Shown here: piece by piece, positions 1 to 11,220 of the stretch | Position numbering within the stretch: position 1 is the stretch's first letter | How the letters are laid out: each line of letters starts with the position of its first letter | Assembly: GCF_001194135.2 (NCBI RefSeq) | Contig: NC_068994.1 | Coordinates: forward strand, 50,644,962-50,708,942 | DNA length: 63,981 nt | Direction of reading: 5' to 3' | Source of the DNA: Octopus bimaculoides | Lineage: Eukaryota | Made by a program: the position numbers and the translations under genes | Notes under the pieces: model-generated | What the model saw: the letters and a program-made list of their open reading frames with translations, nothing else | The model's database searches: none | Told to the model about the DNA's origin: nothing

Positions 1-355
1 TGTGTATATCTATGTATGTGTGTATATGTCTACATCAATAAATGTATTTATGGAAATCAATGTATATGTGTCTCTGTATAGCTGTGTATATATATGTGAG
101 AGATTTCACATATACGTATGCTTAGCTATGTAAATATGTCTATGTATAACTACTTGTATGTGTTTCCATCCGTTATATATCTGTGGATGTATGTGTGTAT
201 GCCTGTGTATATCTATGATGTATGTGTGTATATGTCTGTATATCAATAACTATGTTTATGGAAATCTATGTATGGCTATATATATCTATTTGCACATCTT
301 TGTGTGTATGTGTTTATATGCATGTGTGCATTTGTGTACCTGTATGTATGTATGC

Positions 356-387
<32 letters not shown>

Positions 388-390
388 AGT
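1..390. repeat. Degenerate (TG/TA)n low-complexity tract containing a diverged ~65-bp internal duplication (about 1-65 vs 205-272)
   Basis: tgtgtatatctatg...tatgtc...atcaata...atggaaatc occurs twice; the tract ends in a pure (TA)n run. Confidence 0.7.
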
Positions 391-1149
391 ATTATCTGCA
401 ATGCCTAAAACAAACACAGACACTGAACAGAAAACCAGAGCTTAAAATATGTAATGTCATGGGGGGTAAAAATTTGGCAATGGACAAGGCTTTTCTGATC
501 TTAATAACATAAATCACCAAGATTGAACAACAACAACAACAACAGCAAACATACATATACCTATTTGTGAAGAAATTATTTCATTACAAAGTTGGATCTT
601 GCTATAATATGTCAGTCAATGGGCAGAGAACTTGTGTGTTTGGAAAAGAACAAACTATGTCACCTTAACCAGCTGAGGGTTTCAGTTTTAATATATTATT
701 ATTACACAATTCAAACTTGCTGGATCTAGAACCAACATGTCTGAGACTCGCATCTAGATTATAACATCCAATATTTCATTGTGCTCTCTCATGCATGCAT
801 ATCTTTATGTACACACATATATATATACCTGGCTGTGTGTGTGTGTTTATATTGACTAAGTACCAGATGTTGTTATATATTCAAGGTCACCATGTACTTT
901 GAATTCTTTCTTCATTGCACCTTTCTTCGTTTAAGTAAATTGTTTTCCCATTGTCTCAGAGACCGACTTTGTTCTGATTTCATTGGTATCACTCGGCAAC
1001 TTGGAAAGGTCCACTTCTTATCAGTGAACCTTCTGACTTGTCCAGCTTAGAGCAATTTGTGCTATTGGTATTCTGAAATCATGTTACTCAGTCCATTCTA
1101 TTCATAAATTACCCCACTTCAGATATACTCTAACCATGGGCCTTTGGAT

Positions 1150-1610
1150 TGTAGCCCATCACAGTTCTTTCATTTTTTTTTCATAGCCCTCAAACTATCT
1201 TTAAAACTAGCTCTTATCCTTGTCATTCGCTTCAGTTTAACTCCTTCTACACCAATCTATCCCAATCTCTGGAAACTTGCTACACTATGTCCCATCCCAA
1301 AGAAAGGCAACCTCTCTCACCTTGCCAACTGCTATTCCATTGTTCTCACTTCAAACTTATCGAAAGTAAGCGAAGTAGTTATAAATAATCACCTCTTATA
1401 CCAACCTTGAATCTTTCACTATTCTCAATCACTACCATTCTGGCTTTCATAGTGTCAAAACCACTGGAGACTTCCTCTCGTGTCTCACACAAGAATTCTT
1501 CCTTGCCTTTGAGAACTTCAGTGAAAGCAATGTTATTACAGTTAACACCTAAAATCTTTCATACTGATCTAACACTAGCAGGCTCACTTGCTTTGCCGCA
1601 TTAGGGAAGC
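1150..1610 (+). pseudogene. Decayed CR1/Jockey-type LINE reverse transcriptase fragment
   Basis: Translates, with frameshifts and stops, to WKLATLCPIPKKGNLSHLANCYSIVLTSNLSKVSEVVINNHL and then LNHYHSGFHSVKTTGDFL..LTQEF..AFENFSESNVITVN. This parallels the LINE RT segments WK.A...PIPKKG....P.NYRPI.LTS..SK and L.D.QYGFR..RSTGDLL. Confidence 0.8.
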
Positions 1611-2009
1611 ATTTACAAGAGTTCCTTTGCTTCTTGCAAAAGGTTCCATGAACACAACTGATGATAACTTAATCAACAAACTTTATTAATCCTTTCAAAT
1701 ATATAAGATGAAACTTTAACTTCGAATCCTTACCTATTTCAAAAACATCCAGAGTAAAATCAAAAAATACATATATGTATGCAACTTATCCTCACAACTT
1801 AAAATTACTGGCCCCATGCCAAAATTTGAAACCATTAATATTACTATCATCTTAATATAAATTATTGTGATATTATTTCAGGTCTGTAAGGGTAGCACAA
1901 ACAGTAATACACTGGGCAGTAGTTAATTTTTTTAATTAATGACCAAGTTCAAATCTTCCCAGTCAGCTTCAGCACTGCATTTTATTCCATTATTGATCTA
2001 CAGGAAATA

Positions 2010-2195
2010 TTTACTGTGCCACTTGGTGATGGTGCCACATGAAAAGCTCCTAGTATACTCTGTAACGAATTAGGAAGGACACCCAGCTGTAGAAACCAAG
2101 CCAAAAACAGACTATGGAACCAGGTGCAGCCCTTGGCATTACCAGCTCTTATCAAGCTGTCCAACCCATGCAAGCATAAAAAAATGGACATTAAT
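2010..2195 (+). mobile_element. SINE family B, diverged 3' part
   Basis: aggaagga..cccagctgtagaaa...gtccaacccatgcaagcat...ggacattaa matches the other copies in the window, e.g. 11400-11571. Confidence 0.75.
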
Positions 2196-2387
2196 TTGAG
2201 GGTGAGGATGAGTTCGATAGACTACTGCTGCTCCGACACATTATTTGTCCATGTGCATGTAGGTACAAATTATATGATGCAAACAAAGTCAAGGGGCCAC
2301 AGACTGCCCAGTGTACACCAAACCCAAGTAACAAGATATCACCAACAGAGCTTTTCACTTTATATATATATATATAGATATATATAT

Positions 2388-2912
2388 TATTTGTTTTCAG
2401 TCATTTGACTGCAGCCATGCTGGAGCACCACCTTGAGGGGTTTTTAGTCGAACAAATCGACCCCAGGACTTATTTTTTAAACCTAGTACTTATTTTATCA
2501 ATCTCTTTTGGCTTAACTGCTAAGTTACAGGGACATATATGTGCCAACACCAGTTGTCAAGTGGTGATGGGGGAACAAAACAGACACAAAGACACACACA
2601 CACATAGATATATACATATATATATATCATCATCGTCGTCGTTTAACGTCCACTATCCATGCTAGCATGGGTTGGACGATTTGACTGAGGACTGGTGAAA
2701 CTGGATGGCAACACCAGGCTCCAATCTGATTTGGCAGAGTTTCTACAGCTGGATATATATACAACTTCTTTCAGTTTCTGTGTACCAAATCCACTCGTAA
2801 GGCTTTGGTCTGCCCAAGGCTATAGTAGAAGACACTAGCCCAAGGTGTCACGCAGTGGGACTGAACCTGGAACCATGTGGCTGGGAAAGAAGCTTCTTAC
2901 CACACAACCATG
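2388..2912 (-). mobile_element. SINE family C (tRNA-like head, central TA/CA microsatellite), split by a nested family-B copy
   Basis: 3' half at 2388-2626 and 5' half at 2755-2912, both matching the complete copy at 4240-4629. Confidence 0.85.
2627..2754 (-). mobile_element. SINE family B 3' fragment nested in the microsatellite of a family-C SINE
   Basis: catcatcgtcgtcgtttaacgtccactatccatgctagcatgggttggacgatttgactgagg... is the reverse complement of the family-B tail. Confidence 0.85.
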
Positions 2913-3304
2913 TATGTATAATTTCTTACTTCAGTCATTGGAATGCAGCTATGTTGAGGAACCATCTTTAACGATTTAATCAATTCAATTATCCCCAGTA
3001 CTAAATGTAAATCTGGTACTTGGTTCATTGATCTCTTTTTGCCAGAATAGCAGAGGAGAGCAGTAGGTGGAAGCAATGACTTCAAGAATGATAAGAAATG
3101 GAAGTGGAGGGATGTAATATGTACCTATTCTGCTCAACACAGATAGAGAAATCATGGGTATTCAAGGATGAGATGCAGTGGGGTAAATGCTTGCCAGAGC
3201 AGAGAGGGAGGAGGAGGGACAGGGCCTCACTTGTACAAGCATAACCAAGGTGGTTCTAGGATATCATTTCCATGGTGATGGAGAGGTTTTCTCAACCAAG
3301 ATTT

Positions 3305-3455
3305 GTGATGTCACAATTCATTTCTACAGCTGAGTGAACTGGAGCAACATGAAATAAAATGTCTTGCTCAAGAACGCAACACACATCCTGGTCCAGGAAC
3401 TGAACTCACTGTTTCATGATTGTGAGCCTGATGCTCTAACCACTGAGCCATGAAT
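3305..3455 (-). mobile_element. SINE family D, 5' part (tRNA-like head plus CORE-like central segment)
   Basis: Reverse complement reads catggctcagtggttagagc...gagttcagttcc...gttcttgagcaagacattttatttcatgttgctccagttcactcagctgtagaaatgaatt, matching 6585-6930. Confidence 0.75.
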
Positions 3456-3576
3456 CCATACATGATCTATTACTCTGTGGCATTGGAATCAACTGGGAAA
3501 AACAGTTATGTCATTTGTGATAATTCAAATGTAATTCTACCGTGTGTATAGTTCAGGCTAAAAGCATAACCTGTGA

Positions 3577-3790
3577 TTAACCCTTTAGCATTTAAACTGG
3601 CCATATCCAACCCAAATGTTCCACGTATTTTATATCCAAACTGACCAGAGCTAGCCTCTTATACCTATCCTACAATTCCATTCTAAAAGTAGACAATTGC
3701 ATCTCTGAGATCTTGAAGCTACAAGATTTTATGCATTGTTAATTCAAAACAATGTGAATAAATAAACATTACATTAAATGAAGCAGTATT
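3577..3790 (+). mobile_element. TTAA/piggyBac-type MITE, family P1
   Basis: Starts ttaaccctttagcatttaaactggccatatc; the same body recurs at 17721, 21456, 31861, 41520 and 46199. Confidence 0.75.
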
Positions 3791-4129
3791 AAATGGGAGT
3801 ATTATAATATTATAGCAGCATAAATAGAGATAGGTGCTTTGTTGGCTATCTTTAACAGTGGCATGAATACAAATGATGATGATTGGCATCACTGAAAAGC
3901 TGATAAATCCAGAAACTTGCTGTTATGCTCACCAAGCACTTAATGATCTAAAGTTAAGATAAAATTAGGAAACAAGTTTAAGTAATTAAGATCTAATGTC
4001 ATGAAATAATGAAGCAAGTTAACCCCTTGCCTTTTATGTATCACATGTGATGCACAGGACAAAGCTGTATCAGTGATGAGGGTCCAAGTATCTGTTCTTC
4101 CTCTCACATCAGTTGCTTTTGAAAGAATG

Positions 4130-4212
4130 CATTTCACCCATTTGATACCAAACCGTTTGAAACTGCCATTAGTTCTTCTGTACAAATTCCATATTTTAAA
4201 GTGATCTAAGTT
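4130..4212 (+). mobile_element. TTAA/piggyBac-type MITE family P2, terminal fragment
   Basis: cccatttgataccaaaccg..tgaaactgcc...ttttaaagtgatctaa resembles the P2 end (compare 22071 reversed and 40432). Confidence 0.55.
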
Positions 4213-4239
4213 TCAAAAGAAGAATCAGAATTTCGTGTT

Positions 4240-4629
4240 ACTCTTTTACTCTTTTATTTGTTTCAGTCATTTGACTGCGGCCATGCTGGAGCACCGCTTT
4301 TAGTCGAGTAAATCGTCCCCAGGATTTATTCTTTGCAAGCCTAGTACTTATTCTATCGGTCTCTTTTGTGGAACCGCTAAGTTACAGGGGACGTAAACAC
4401 ACAAACATCGGTTGTCAAGCGATGTTAGGGGGACAAACACACACATATATATACATATACATATATATATACGACAAGCTTCTTTCAGTTTCCATCTACC
4501 AAATCCACTCACAAGGCTTTGGTCGGCCCAAGGCTATATATAGTAGAAGACACTTGCCCAAGGTGCCACGCAGTGGGACTGAACCTAGAACCATGTGGTT
4601 GGTGAGCAAGCTATTTACCACACAGCCAC
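4240..4629 (-). mobile_element. SINE family C, near full length
   Basis: On the minus strand the head is gtggctgtgtggtaaatagc...ggttctaggttcagtcccactgcgtggcaccttgggcaagtgtcttctac (A/B-box-like), followed by a central (TA/CA)n and the tail cagtcaaatgactgaaac-aaataaaagagtaaaagag. Confidence 0.9.
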
Positions 4630-4880
4630 TAAATGCTACAAATCATTCACATTCACCTTCGTTGGCCAGTTGAACACATTTTTCTTTTTTTACTCATTTC
4701 AGTCATTTGACTTTGGTCATGCTGGAGCACCAGCTCTCTGTAAATTGTATTGAGCTTACAACTTTGGTATTTCTTTCAAGTGAACTCATTCTCAGACATT
4801 AATACTGCACATTATATTTAGTGTGTGACATGTAAAAGGCACCCACTACACTCTTAGACTGGTTGGCATTAGGAAGGGCA

Positions 4881-5008
4881 TGAATGAGAACCCAGGTTCG
4901 AAATTTCCCCGAGACACCTGATGAAGGCTGGAGGGTATATCAGCAGAAACATTGTGTTAACAACAAACAAGATGAGGACAAATATTTGTCAAATGTAAAT
5001 AATGTAAA
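4881..5008 (+). mobile_element. Penelope-like (PLE) terminal-repeat fragment carrying a hammerhead motif, adjoining a truncated family-B SINE
   Basis: Family-B sequence at 4830-4880 stops abruptly at aggaagggca and is followed by ...gacac-CTGATGA-a-ggctg-gagggtatat-cagca-GAAAC-att-gtgt. The PLE assignment is inferred from the motif type. Confidence 0.6.
4914..4957 (+). ncRNA. Minimal type I hammerhead ribozyme motif, degenerate
   Basis: Stem I ACAC/GUGU; core CUGAUGA at 4918-4924; stem II GGCUG/CAGCA (one terminal mismatch); GAAA at 4946-4949; stem III ACAU instead of the palindromic ACGU. Confidence 0.65.
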
Positions 5009-5744
5009 TATTTTCTTTTTTTTTTTGTTTTTTGTTTTTTAACAAACATAAAACATAGGCCATGTGCATATCTTCTGATCCACTAGGTTGGTGAAAGAAC
5101 CACTTCCTCTGTACATTTTTAGAATACTCAAAACAATTATTTTGTCTCCTCCTACATACGTATGCATCCGTGTATTATTATAAGTCTAGATTTGTTTATT
5201 GTTCTTCTTGCCTATTTGTTAGCTTCTTTCAATTCCTCCATAATAAGGAAATTGCTTTTCTGTTTATATAAATAAATATGTTTGTTTGTTTTTTTTCTTT
5301 TTGTTTTCACGTTGGGCTTTCAAAGATACTGATAATAAATTTGTAAACATTTAGTCATCTATGCTTAGTGGTGAAAAGGCTTAACTCATCTATCTTGCAC
5401 TTCCTCTGATAACATCTATCATTTCCAGCCAGGATATATCCATAGGAGCCCTACTGGCCTAACCTTTGGCCAAAACCTAACGACAAATTCCCTCAGCTTA
5501 TAATGACCACCATGTCCATCTCGAGCAACGGCCTCTCAGCAAAAGAGTCCCATGCTAGTCATCCTTCCACTCACATGACCTCCCTTGCTCCTCCTCCTCT
5601 CCTGTCAAAGCCCTTCAGCTGTTCATGTGACATCACTGACCCTATACTTCTGGCCCCGCCTCAGTCCATCATCCATTTTAGAAATGGGTTTAACCCTTCA
5701 ACTGGAAAATTAAACTTTGTAGTTATTCCAGTAAATGTGTTAAA

Positions 5745-5805
5745 TCATCATCATCATCATCATCATTTAATGTCCGTTGTCCATGCTGGCATAGGTTGGA
5801 TGGTT
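5745..5805 (-). mobile_element. SINE family B tail fragment
   Basis: (cat)n-ttaatgtccgttgtccatgctggcataggttggatggtttga. Confidence 0.7.
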
Positions 5806-6128
5806 TGAGTGGATTTGGTAGACGGAAACTGAAAGATATAACACATACATGTGTTATATGTTTGTGTGTCTGTGTTTGTCCCCCCGACATCGCATGACTA
5901 CCAATGCTGGTGTGTTTACGTCCCCGTAACTTAGCGGTTCAGCAAAGGAGACCGATAGAATAAGTACTAGGCTTACAAAGAATAAGTCCTGGGGTCGATT
6001 TGCTTGACTANNNNNNNNNNGTACTAGGCTTACAAAGAATAAGTCCTGGGGTCGATTTGCTTGACTAAAGGCGGTGCTCCAGCATGGCCACAGTCAAATG
6101 ACAGAAACAAGTAAAAGAGTAAAAGAGA
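5805..6128 (+). mobile_element. SINE family C, 3' two-thirds, spanning a 10-N gap
   Basis: gagtggatttggtagacggaaactgaaag...ccccgtaacttagcggttc...ggcggtgctccagcatggcc.cagtcaaatgac...aaaagagtaaaagag. Confidence 0.85.
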
Positions 6129-6584
6129 GATATTTGGCTTATATTTAATTTTTTTTTTTCATTTTATATATTACCAGGTATGTTAAACACAATGTCAGTT
6201 AAGTGGTAAATATTAAGTTGCTAGACTACTTAAGTGTTCCACATAACCAACATGTAGACCACTCACTGATCACTTTGTAATTGTTTCAAATCGGTAATCT
6301 ACTTTTTATTACTAAGTCATTGTCCTGCTGCTAAACAAGGAAATAGTTCAGTTAGCTAGCATTAATATATCTAATGCAGAGATCGTTATTGTGTTAACTA
6401 GAAATAATTATGTTATGAGAACAAAAAAAAAAAAAAATTGTCAATTGCATATATTATATTATTTCAGTAAGTATGGGAGACAACTCTGGACATGTTCAAG
6501 TATTATTAAGACCTCGTCAATGAAGCATAGATTTCACTGCACTTGCTCTCTTTTCCAATTTTCCTGTCAGGATGATCTTGAGCA

Positions 6585-6930
6585 GTGACTCATGGTGCAT
6601 TGTGGGTCCAAAGTATGATTGTTTTGGGGGCTCAGACCAGGCTGTTTGTTGTGTTCTTGAGCAAGACACTTTATTTCACATTGCTCCAGCTCACTCAGCT
6701 GTAGAAATGAGTTGGGACGTCACTGGTGCCAAGCTGTGTCGGCCTTTGCTTTTCCCTTGGATAACATTGGTGGCATGTAGAGGGGAGGCTGGAATGCATG
6801 GGCAACTACTGGTCTTCCATAAAAAAAACCTTAGGTTGTGCGTTCGCTGGTGAGGCAACTTTCCGCCCAGACTTGTACCTCGGAGGGGGACCTTTTAGGT
6901 GCATCCATGGTCATTCATGACCAACGGAGT
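6585..6930 (+). mobile_element. SINE family D
   Basis: ttgtgttcttgagcaagacactttatttcacattgctccagctcactcagctgtagaaatgagt is a CORE-like segment; it matches 3305-3455 in reverse. Confidence 0.7.
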
Positions 6931-6957
6931 CAAGAGAGTTTTATATGTGTGTATATA

Positions 6958-6990
<33 letters not shown>

Positions 6991-7821
6991 TACTGCTTTC
7001 AGTCAATGGATTATGGCTATGCTTAGGCATCAGTTTATCCCTAGATACACATAGTGCTCGTAGGTCATAGCTGGAATACTTTCGGTCAGGCTGACACCTA
7101 TGGCAATAACCCATGGCTTTTGCTATTTTATGCCTTCCACCAACAGTCTCCAAGCCCCTGAAATGTCATGGACTCTCCTTTGACAAAAACCATTTAAAAT
7201 AAATAAAATAATAAATAGCCGTTAACACACTTCAATTTTTACTTTTACTGACTCTACCACTATTCCTCTTCAAATTCCAATGGTTATATTGGATTATCAG
7301 AAACATGTCTTTCTTCTATCCCACTCTTCTACATTTTCAATTCTCTAATGTATTTCCTTAAGGATTTCACTCTCTTTCCCTTGCTCCTGCATCATCACTT
7401 TTCTGTTTTGCTTCTTAGGCTATTAAGCTTGTTCCTCTCTCTCTCGCTAGCTCCCTCCCTTTTTCTCTCCCATTAATGACCTTCTCACATTCCATCTTGT
7501 CCTTACCCTTTCTAGTGACTGTTCTGACCCCCTTTTTAAACATTTGGCATGCCATTACACTTAACTTATATTGCCTCAAGTCTTCGAATTCTTCAAAGGT
7601 CTAATTCCTATGAGCTTAATTTTTTTTCCCATTTTCATTATTTTTTTTATTACTTTTCCATTCACTCAACAAATCTTTATAGTACAATGTACACACTGTT
7701 TCTCAAATGCATAGATGAACTATCTACTTCAATTTAAAATGATTTCTTTTTCGCTTTTTTTTTAATTAACCAATGAAAGACAGCCTCTCATAAGCATTTT
7801 TTTTTCTTATGTGGAATATTG

Positions 7822-8170
7822 CAGGCATGGCTGTGTAGTTAAGAATTTCTCTTCATAATCACATGGTTCTGGGTTCAGTCCCATTGCCTAGCACCTCAGG
7901 CATGTGTCTTCAACTACAGCTCTATTTTATGAATGAAATTGGTAGATGAAAACTGTATGGAAGCCCAGTATGTGTGTGTGTGTCTTCAAACTACTTGATG
8001 ACTAGTGTTAGTTTGTTTACATCTTTGTAACTTAGCAGGTCAGCAAAAGTGTCTGACAGAATAGGTTAAGTACTAGGCTTAAAAAAATATAAACTGTAAT
8101 TAATTTGTTCAATCATTGAAGATGATACCCCAGCATGGGCCATAGTCCAGTGATTGAAATAAATAAAAAC
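7822..8170 (+). mobile_element. SINE family C, diverged full length
   Basis: gcaggcatggctgtgtagttaag...ggttctgggttcagtccc...cccagcatggg.catagtccagtgattgaaat. Confidence 0.75.
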
Positions 8171-8489
8171 ATAGAATATGTGTACACATTAACACTTTCT
8201 AATAGATTGTTATACACACACACACACACACACAGATAAGTGAGTGTATGTATTATGGGTAACAGAGGAGTGAACCATCAGCTATGAATAAGTAAATAAA
8301 CTGTACTTTGGGTGATAGAGTACATTTCCTTTCATTTGTACCTTTTTACTTAACTAAACACATAAGGTTGCATCTCAACATACCTCAGTACTGAAACAGA
8401 AAATAGTGTTTGGTCTTTGTAACTTCCAAGGTCTTAGTTTTCCATTATCCTCCAATGCTTCAACCATCCGGTGTCTACAGAGGAGTCTC

Positions 8490-9053
8490 GGATCTATTTT
8501 AAAACGGGGGCCACAGTATTTTCTTAATGAAACACTTTGAAACTTGGAACACTGGTAGAATGTGTCATATAAAACATCTTTTTCTCTTAGTCTTCTTAAA
8601 AAAAAGAAGAAATCCCTAAGTTATTCCATGTTAAAGTTGTCGTATTTCTGTAATTTCAACCAATCACTGACGTCCATTCAGCCGATATACATTAAGTGCC
8701 GACTACATAAACAAACGATTCTGAAACAATTAACCCTAACCCTAACCGTAGGGTTAGGGTTAAAGCAAATTTAAAATGAAAAAAGCAAATAAAACGAAGG
8801 TATGGAAATTAAATACACTTTACATCGCTTAATGAGCCAAAGGAGTAAATGTAAACAACTGAATACTTGTCAGTGATTGGTTGAAATTATCGAAATAAGA
8901 CAATTTTTTACATGAAATAAATTCAAATACAAAAATATTTTTCTGTTCTATAACACAAAATAGATAAGTATACGAAGTTTGAAAGTCTTTCGGTACCAAA
9001 AACACTACGTAAAACATTAATGAAAACTGTGGCCCCCGTTTTAAAATAGATCC
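8490..9053. mobile_element. Complete MITE with perfect 28-bp TIRs and an 8-bp TSD (GG-ended, Merlin-like)
   Basis: TIR ggatctattttaaaacgggggccacagt at 8490-8517 and its exact reverse complement at 9026-9053; TSD ggagtctc at 8482-8489 and 9054-9061. Confidence 0.9.
8730..8763. repeat. Telomere-repeat palindrome inside the MITE
   Basis: ttaaccctaacccta-accg-tagggttagggttaa: perfect 15-bp arms of CCCTAA/TTAGGG units around a 4-nt loop. Confidence 0.9.
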
Positions 9054-9403
9054 GGAGTCTCTATTTGGTTGCTTGGTCTACTAAAAATAACAGCTAAGAA
9101 TCTCCCTTCATAAAAATGAAAGGTTACATCGGTTAAGGTCCTAGATGTCTTATAAGGAAAATGCCTAAAACAATTTTTTTTTCGGTCATAGGTTTCCTCA
9201 ATCAGAAATGACTTGAAGCTGAATAACAACTGCTTCAAAACCTCCCCATTGCTTATTTGAATAGGTTACTCATGGCTATTTCAACTCGTCTGTATGAGTT
9301 TGTATGTATATAAGAAGAAATAAGAGGGACATAGACTGACTGTATTCATACACGATGCTTACATGCTTGATTAAATACTTCACAAAACCTTTTTGTTTTA
9401 GAA

Positions 9404-9625
9404 TAATAAATGAAATGAGGAAGGCTTCTAACAATGCAGAGGTGAAAGTTGAAAAGCCTTTATATATTTTGAGTACAAAGTTCCATCTTCAGAAGGGTAC
9501 AGTCAAGGTCACACACATTTCTTTAACTGAACCCTTCTGAAGATGGGCCTTTACGCCCAAGATATAAAAAGGTTTTTCAACTTTCATCCCTGCATTGTCA
9601 GAAGCTTTCTTCATTTCATTTATTA
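9404..9625. mobile_element. Head-to-head inverted pair of ~95-bp PLE-like terminal repeats, each with a decayed hammerhead-like motif
   Basis: 9404-9498 (reversed) aligns to 9531-9625 with about 14 mismatches in 95 nt by hand. Both arms start acccttCTGAAGAtgg, with a 32-nt spacer between them. Confidence 0.7.
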
Positions 9626-9881
9626 CTTTACTTCTATACTACAACGCTTCAAGCAAACTACAACACACTACATTTTTTTTTTCACCCTGTTTTCTGAGCT
9701 ATTTTACCTTTGTCCTCATGTCACTGAAAAAAACAATGTTCCCCCACCCATTCACTGTTTTTATTTAGCCAATATTTTACTTGTTTCAGTCATTATTGGA
9801 CTCCAAGCTATGCTGGATTTAGCCAACTTGGCCTCAGTATTTGATGTTTTTAAAACTTTGGTGCTTATACTAATTATATCA

Positions 9882-10124
9882 TGCATGGGCAACCTGCAGC
9901 CGTTGAGGAGTTTCTAGGTTACTAATTTCATGCTAGGACAAATAAAATTTCGTACTAAGACAAATAAACTTTCAAACTTAGACGAATAAAATTAAGACCT
10001 TCAAAAAATTCAGTGTAAAATGAGCAAGTAATATTTCATGCATATGTGTTTTATCATGTGGCCCCTCTCCCACTTGGAAATGGTACGATGCGGCCCCCAT
10101 TTGACGAAAAGTTGCCTATCCCTG
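9882..10124 (+). mobile_element. hAT-type MITE
   Basis: Ends catgcatgggcaac ... gttgcctatccctg (CAGGGATGGGCAAC-like TIR); a second copy lies on the opposite strand at 35170-35375. Confidence 0.7.
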
Positions 10125-10129
10125 ATTTA

Positions 10130-10221
10130 TATCTTTTTGCTGAATCGCTAAGTTATAGGGATGTAAACAAACCAACATCAGTGGTCAAGAGATGGTGGGG
10201 GAACAAACACAGACACACGCA

Positions 10222-10273
<52 letters not shown>

Positions 10274-10425
10274 CACATACACATGACAAGCTTGTTTCAG
10301 TTCCATCTACCAAATCCACTCACAGGCTGTATTAGAAGAAGACACTTGCCCAAGGTGTCACACAGTAGAAGTGAACCCCAAACCATGTGGTTGAGAAGCA
10401 AGCTTCTTGCCGCACCGCTGTGCCT
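10130..10425 (-). mobile_element. SINE family C
   Basis: gctaagttatagggatgtaaac...(ta)n...ccaaatccactcac...agaagacacttgcccaaggtgtcac. Confidence 0.8.
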
Positions 10426-10974
10426 AAGCCTATGTTCAGATTTTGTTGAGAATTTCTACTGACATAGTTTTGCATGCCAGTTATGAAAATCACAACCATT
10501 TTTGCGGGAGAAACCAACAATAAAAATGTTATGAACCTGGAACTTTGTAGTTGAGAATCAGACTTCTAACCACACAGCCACGCCTGAAAAATAAGAATAA
10601 ATCAAAAATCTATTTTAAGTGATAAAGAATAAAGAAAATCTTATTTATCAAATTCTTTGAATTCATTTCTTAAATGTTGGTCATAAGGCAAATAAATATT
10701 CCAACTTGATTTATTTATTTTTAATACAAGAATATAAATGTTATTGTTGTTTGTAAACCCCATATGCATAATGTGACACTAAACACTTGGCTATCTCATT
10801 CTCCCATGGGATGCAACTCTTTGAAATTCCCTCCTTCTTCGTTGTTCTTTACTGTAAACAGGAAATATACAAACCAAATATTTAATTGTCTGAAACTCTG
10901 TAATTCCCTATTCTGGAATGTCCTGCAATGGTCATGAACATTGCAGCTCCTCTTCTGACTAACTTGTTATATAT

Positions 10975-11219
10975 ATCATCATCATCATTTAATCTCCGTT
11001 TTCCATGCTGGCATGGGTTGGATGGTTTGACTGAGGTCTGGAGAGCCAGTGGCTGCACCGGGCTCCAATCTGATCTGGCAATGTTTCTACAGCTGGATGC
11101 CCTTCCTAACGCCAACCACTCCAAGAGTGTAGTGGGTGCTTTTTATGTGCCACTGGCACAGGAGCCAGTCAGGCAGTCCTGGCATCGACCATGTTCGGAT
11201 GGTGCTTTTTACCTGCCAT
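10975..11219 (-). mobile_element. SINE family B, left member of an inverted pair
   Basis: (cat)n tail on the left, then ctacagctggatgcccttcctaacgccaaccact. Confidence 0.85.
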
Positions 11220-11220
11220 T

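Noticed and set aside
1876-1926. tttcag|VCKGSTNSNTLG, faintly like the EGFR N-terminal VCQGTSNKLTQLG
   Set aside because: A stop follows within three codons, there is no good donor, and no other receptor exons are seen.
5400-5690. GC-richer stretch with a 101-aa plus-strand ORF (5503-5808)
   Set aside because: No motif is recognised in any frame and the ORF runs into a SINE tail; probably an old repeat, but I cannot support a call.
5965-6068. Apparent 46-bp tandem duplication inside a SINE
   Set aside because: Identical sequence on both sides of a 10-N gap indicates an unmerged contig overlap.
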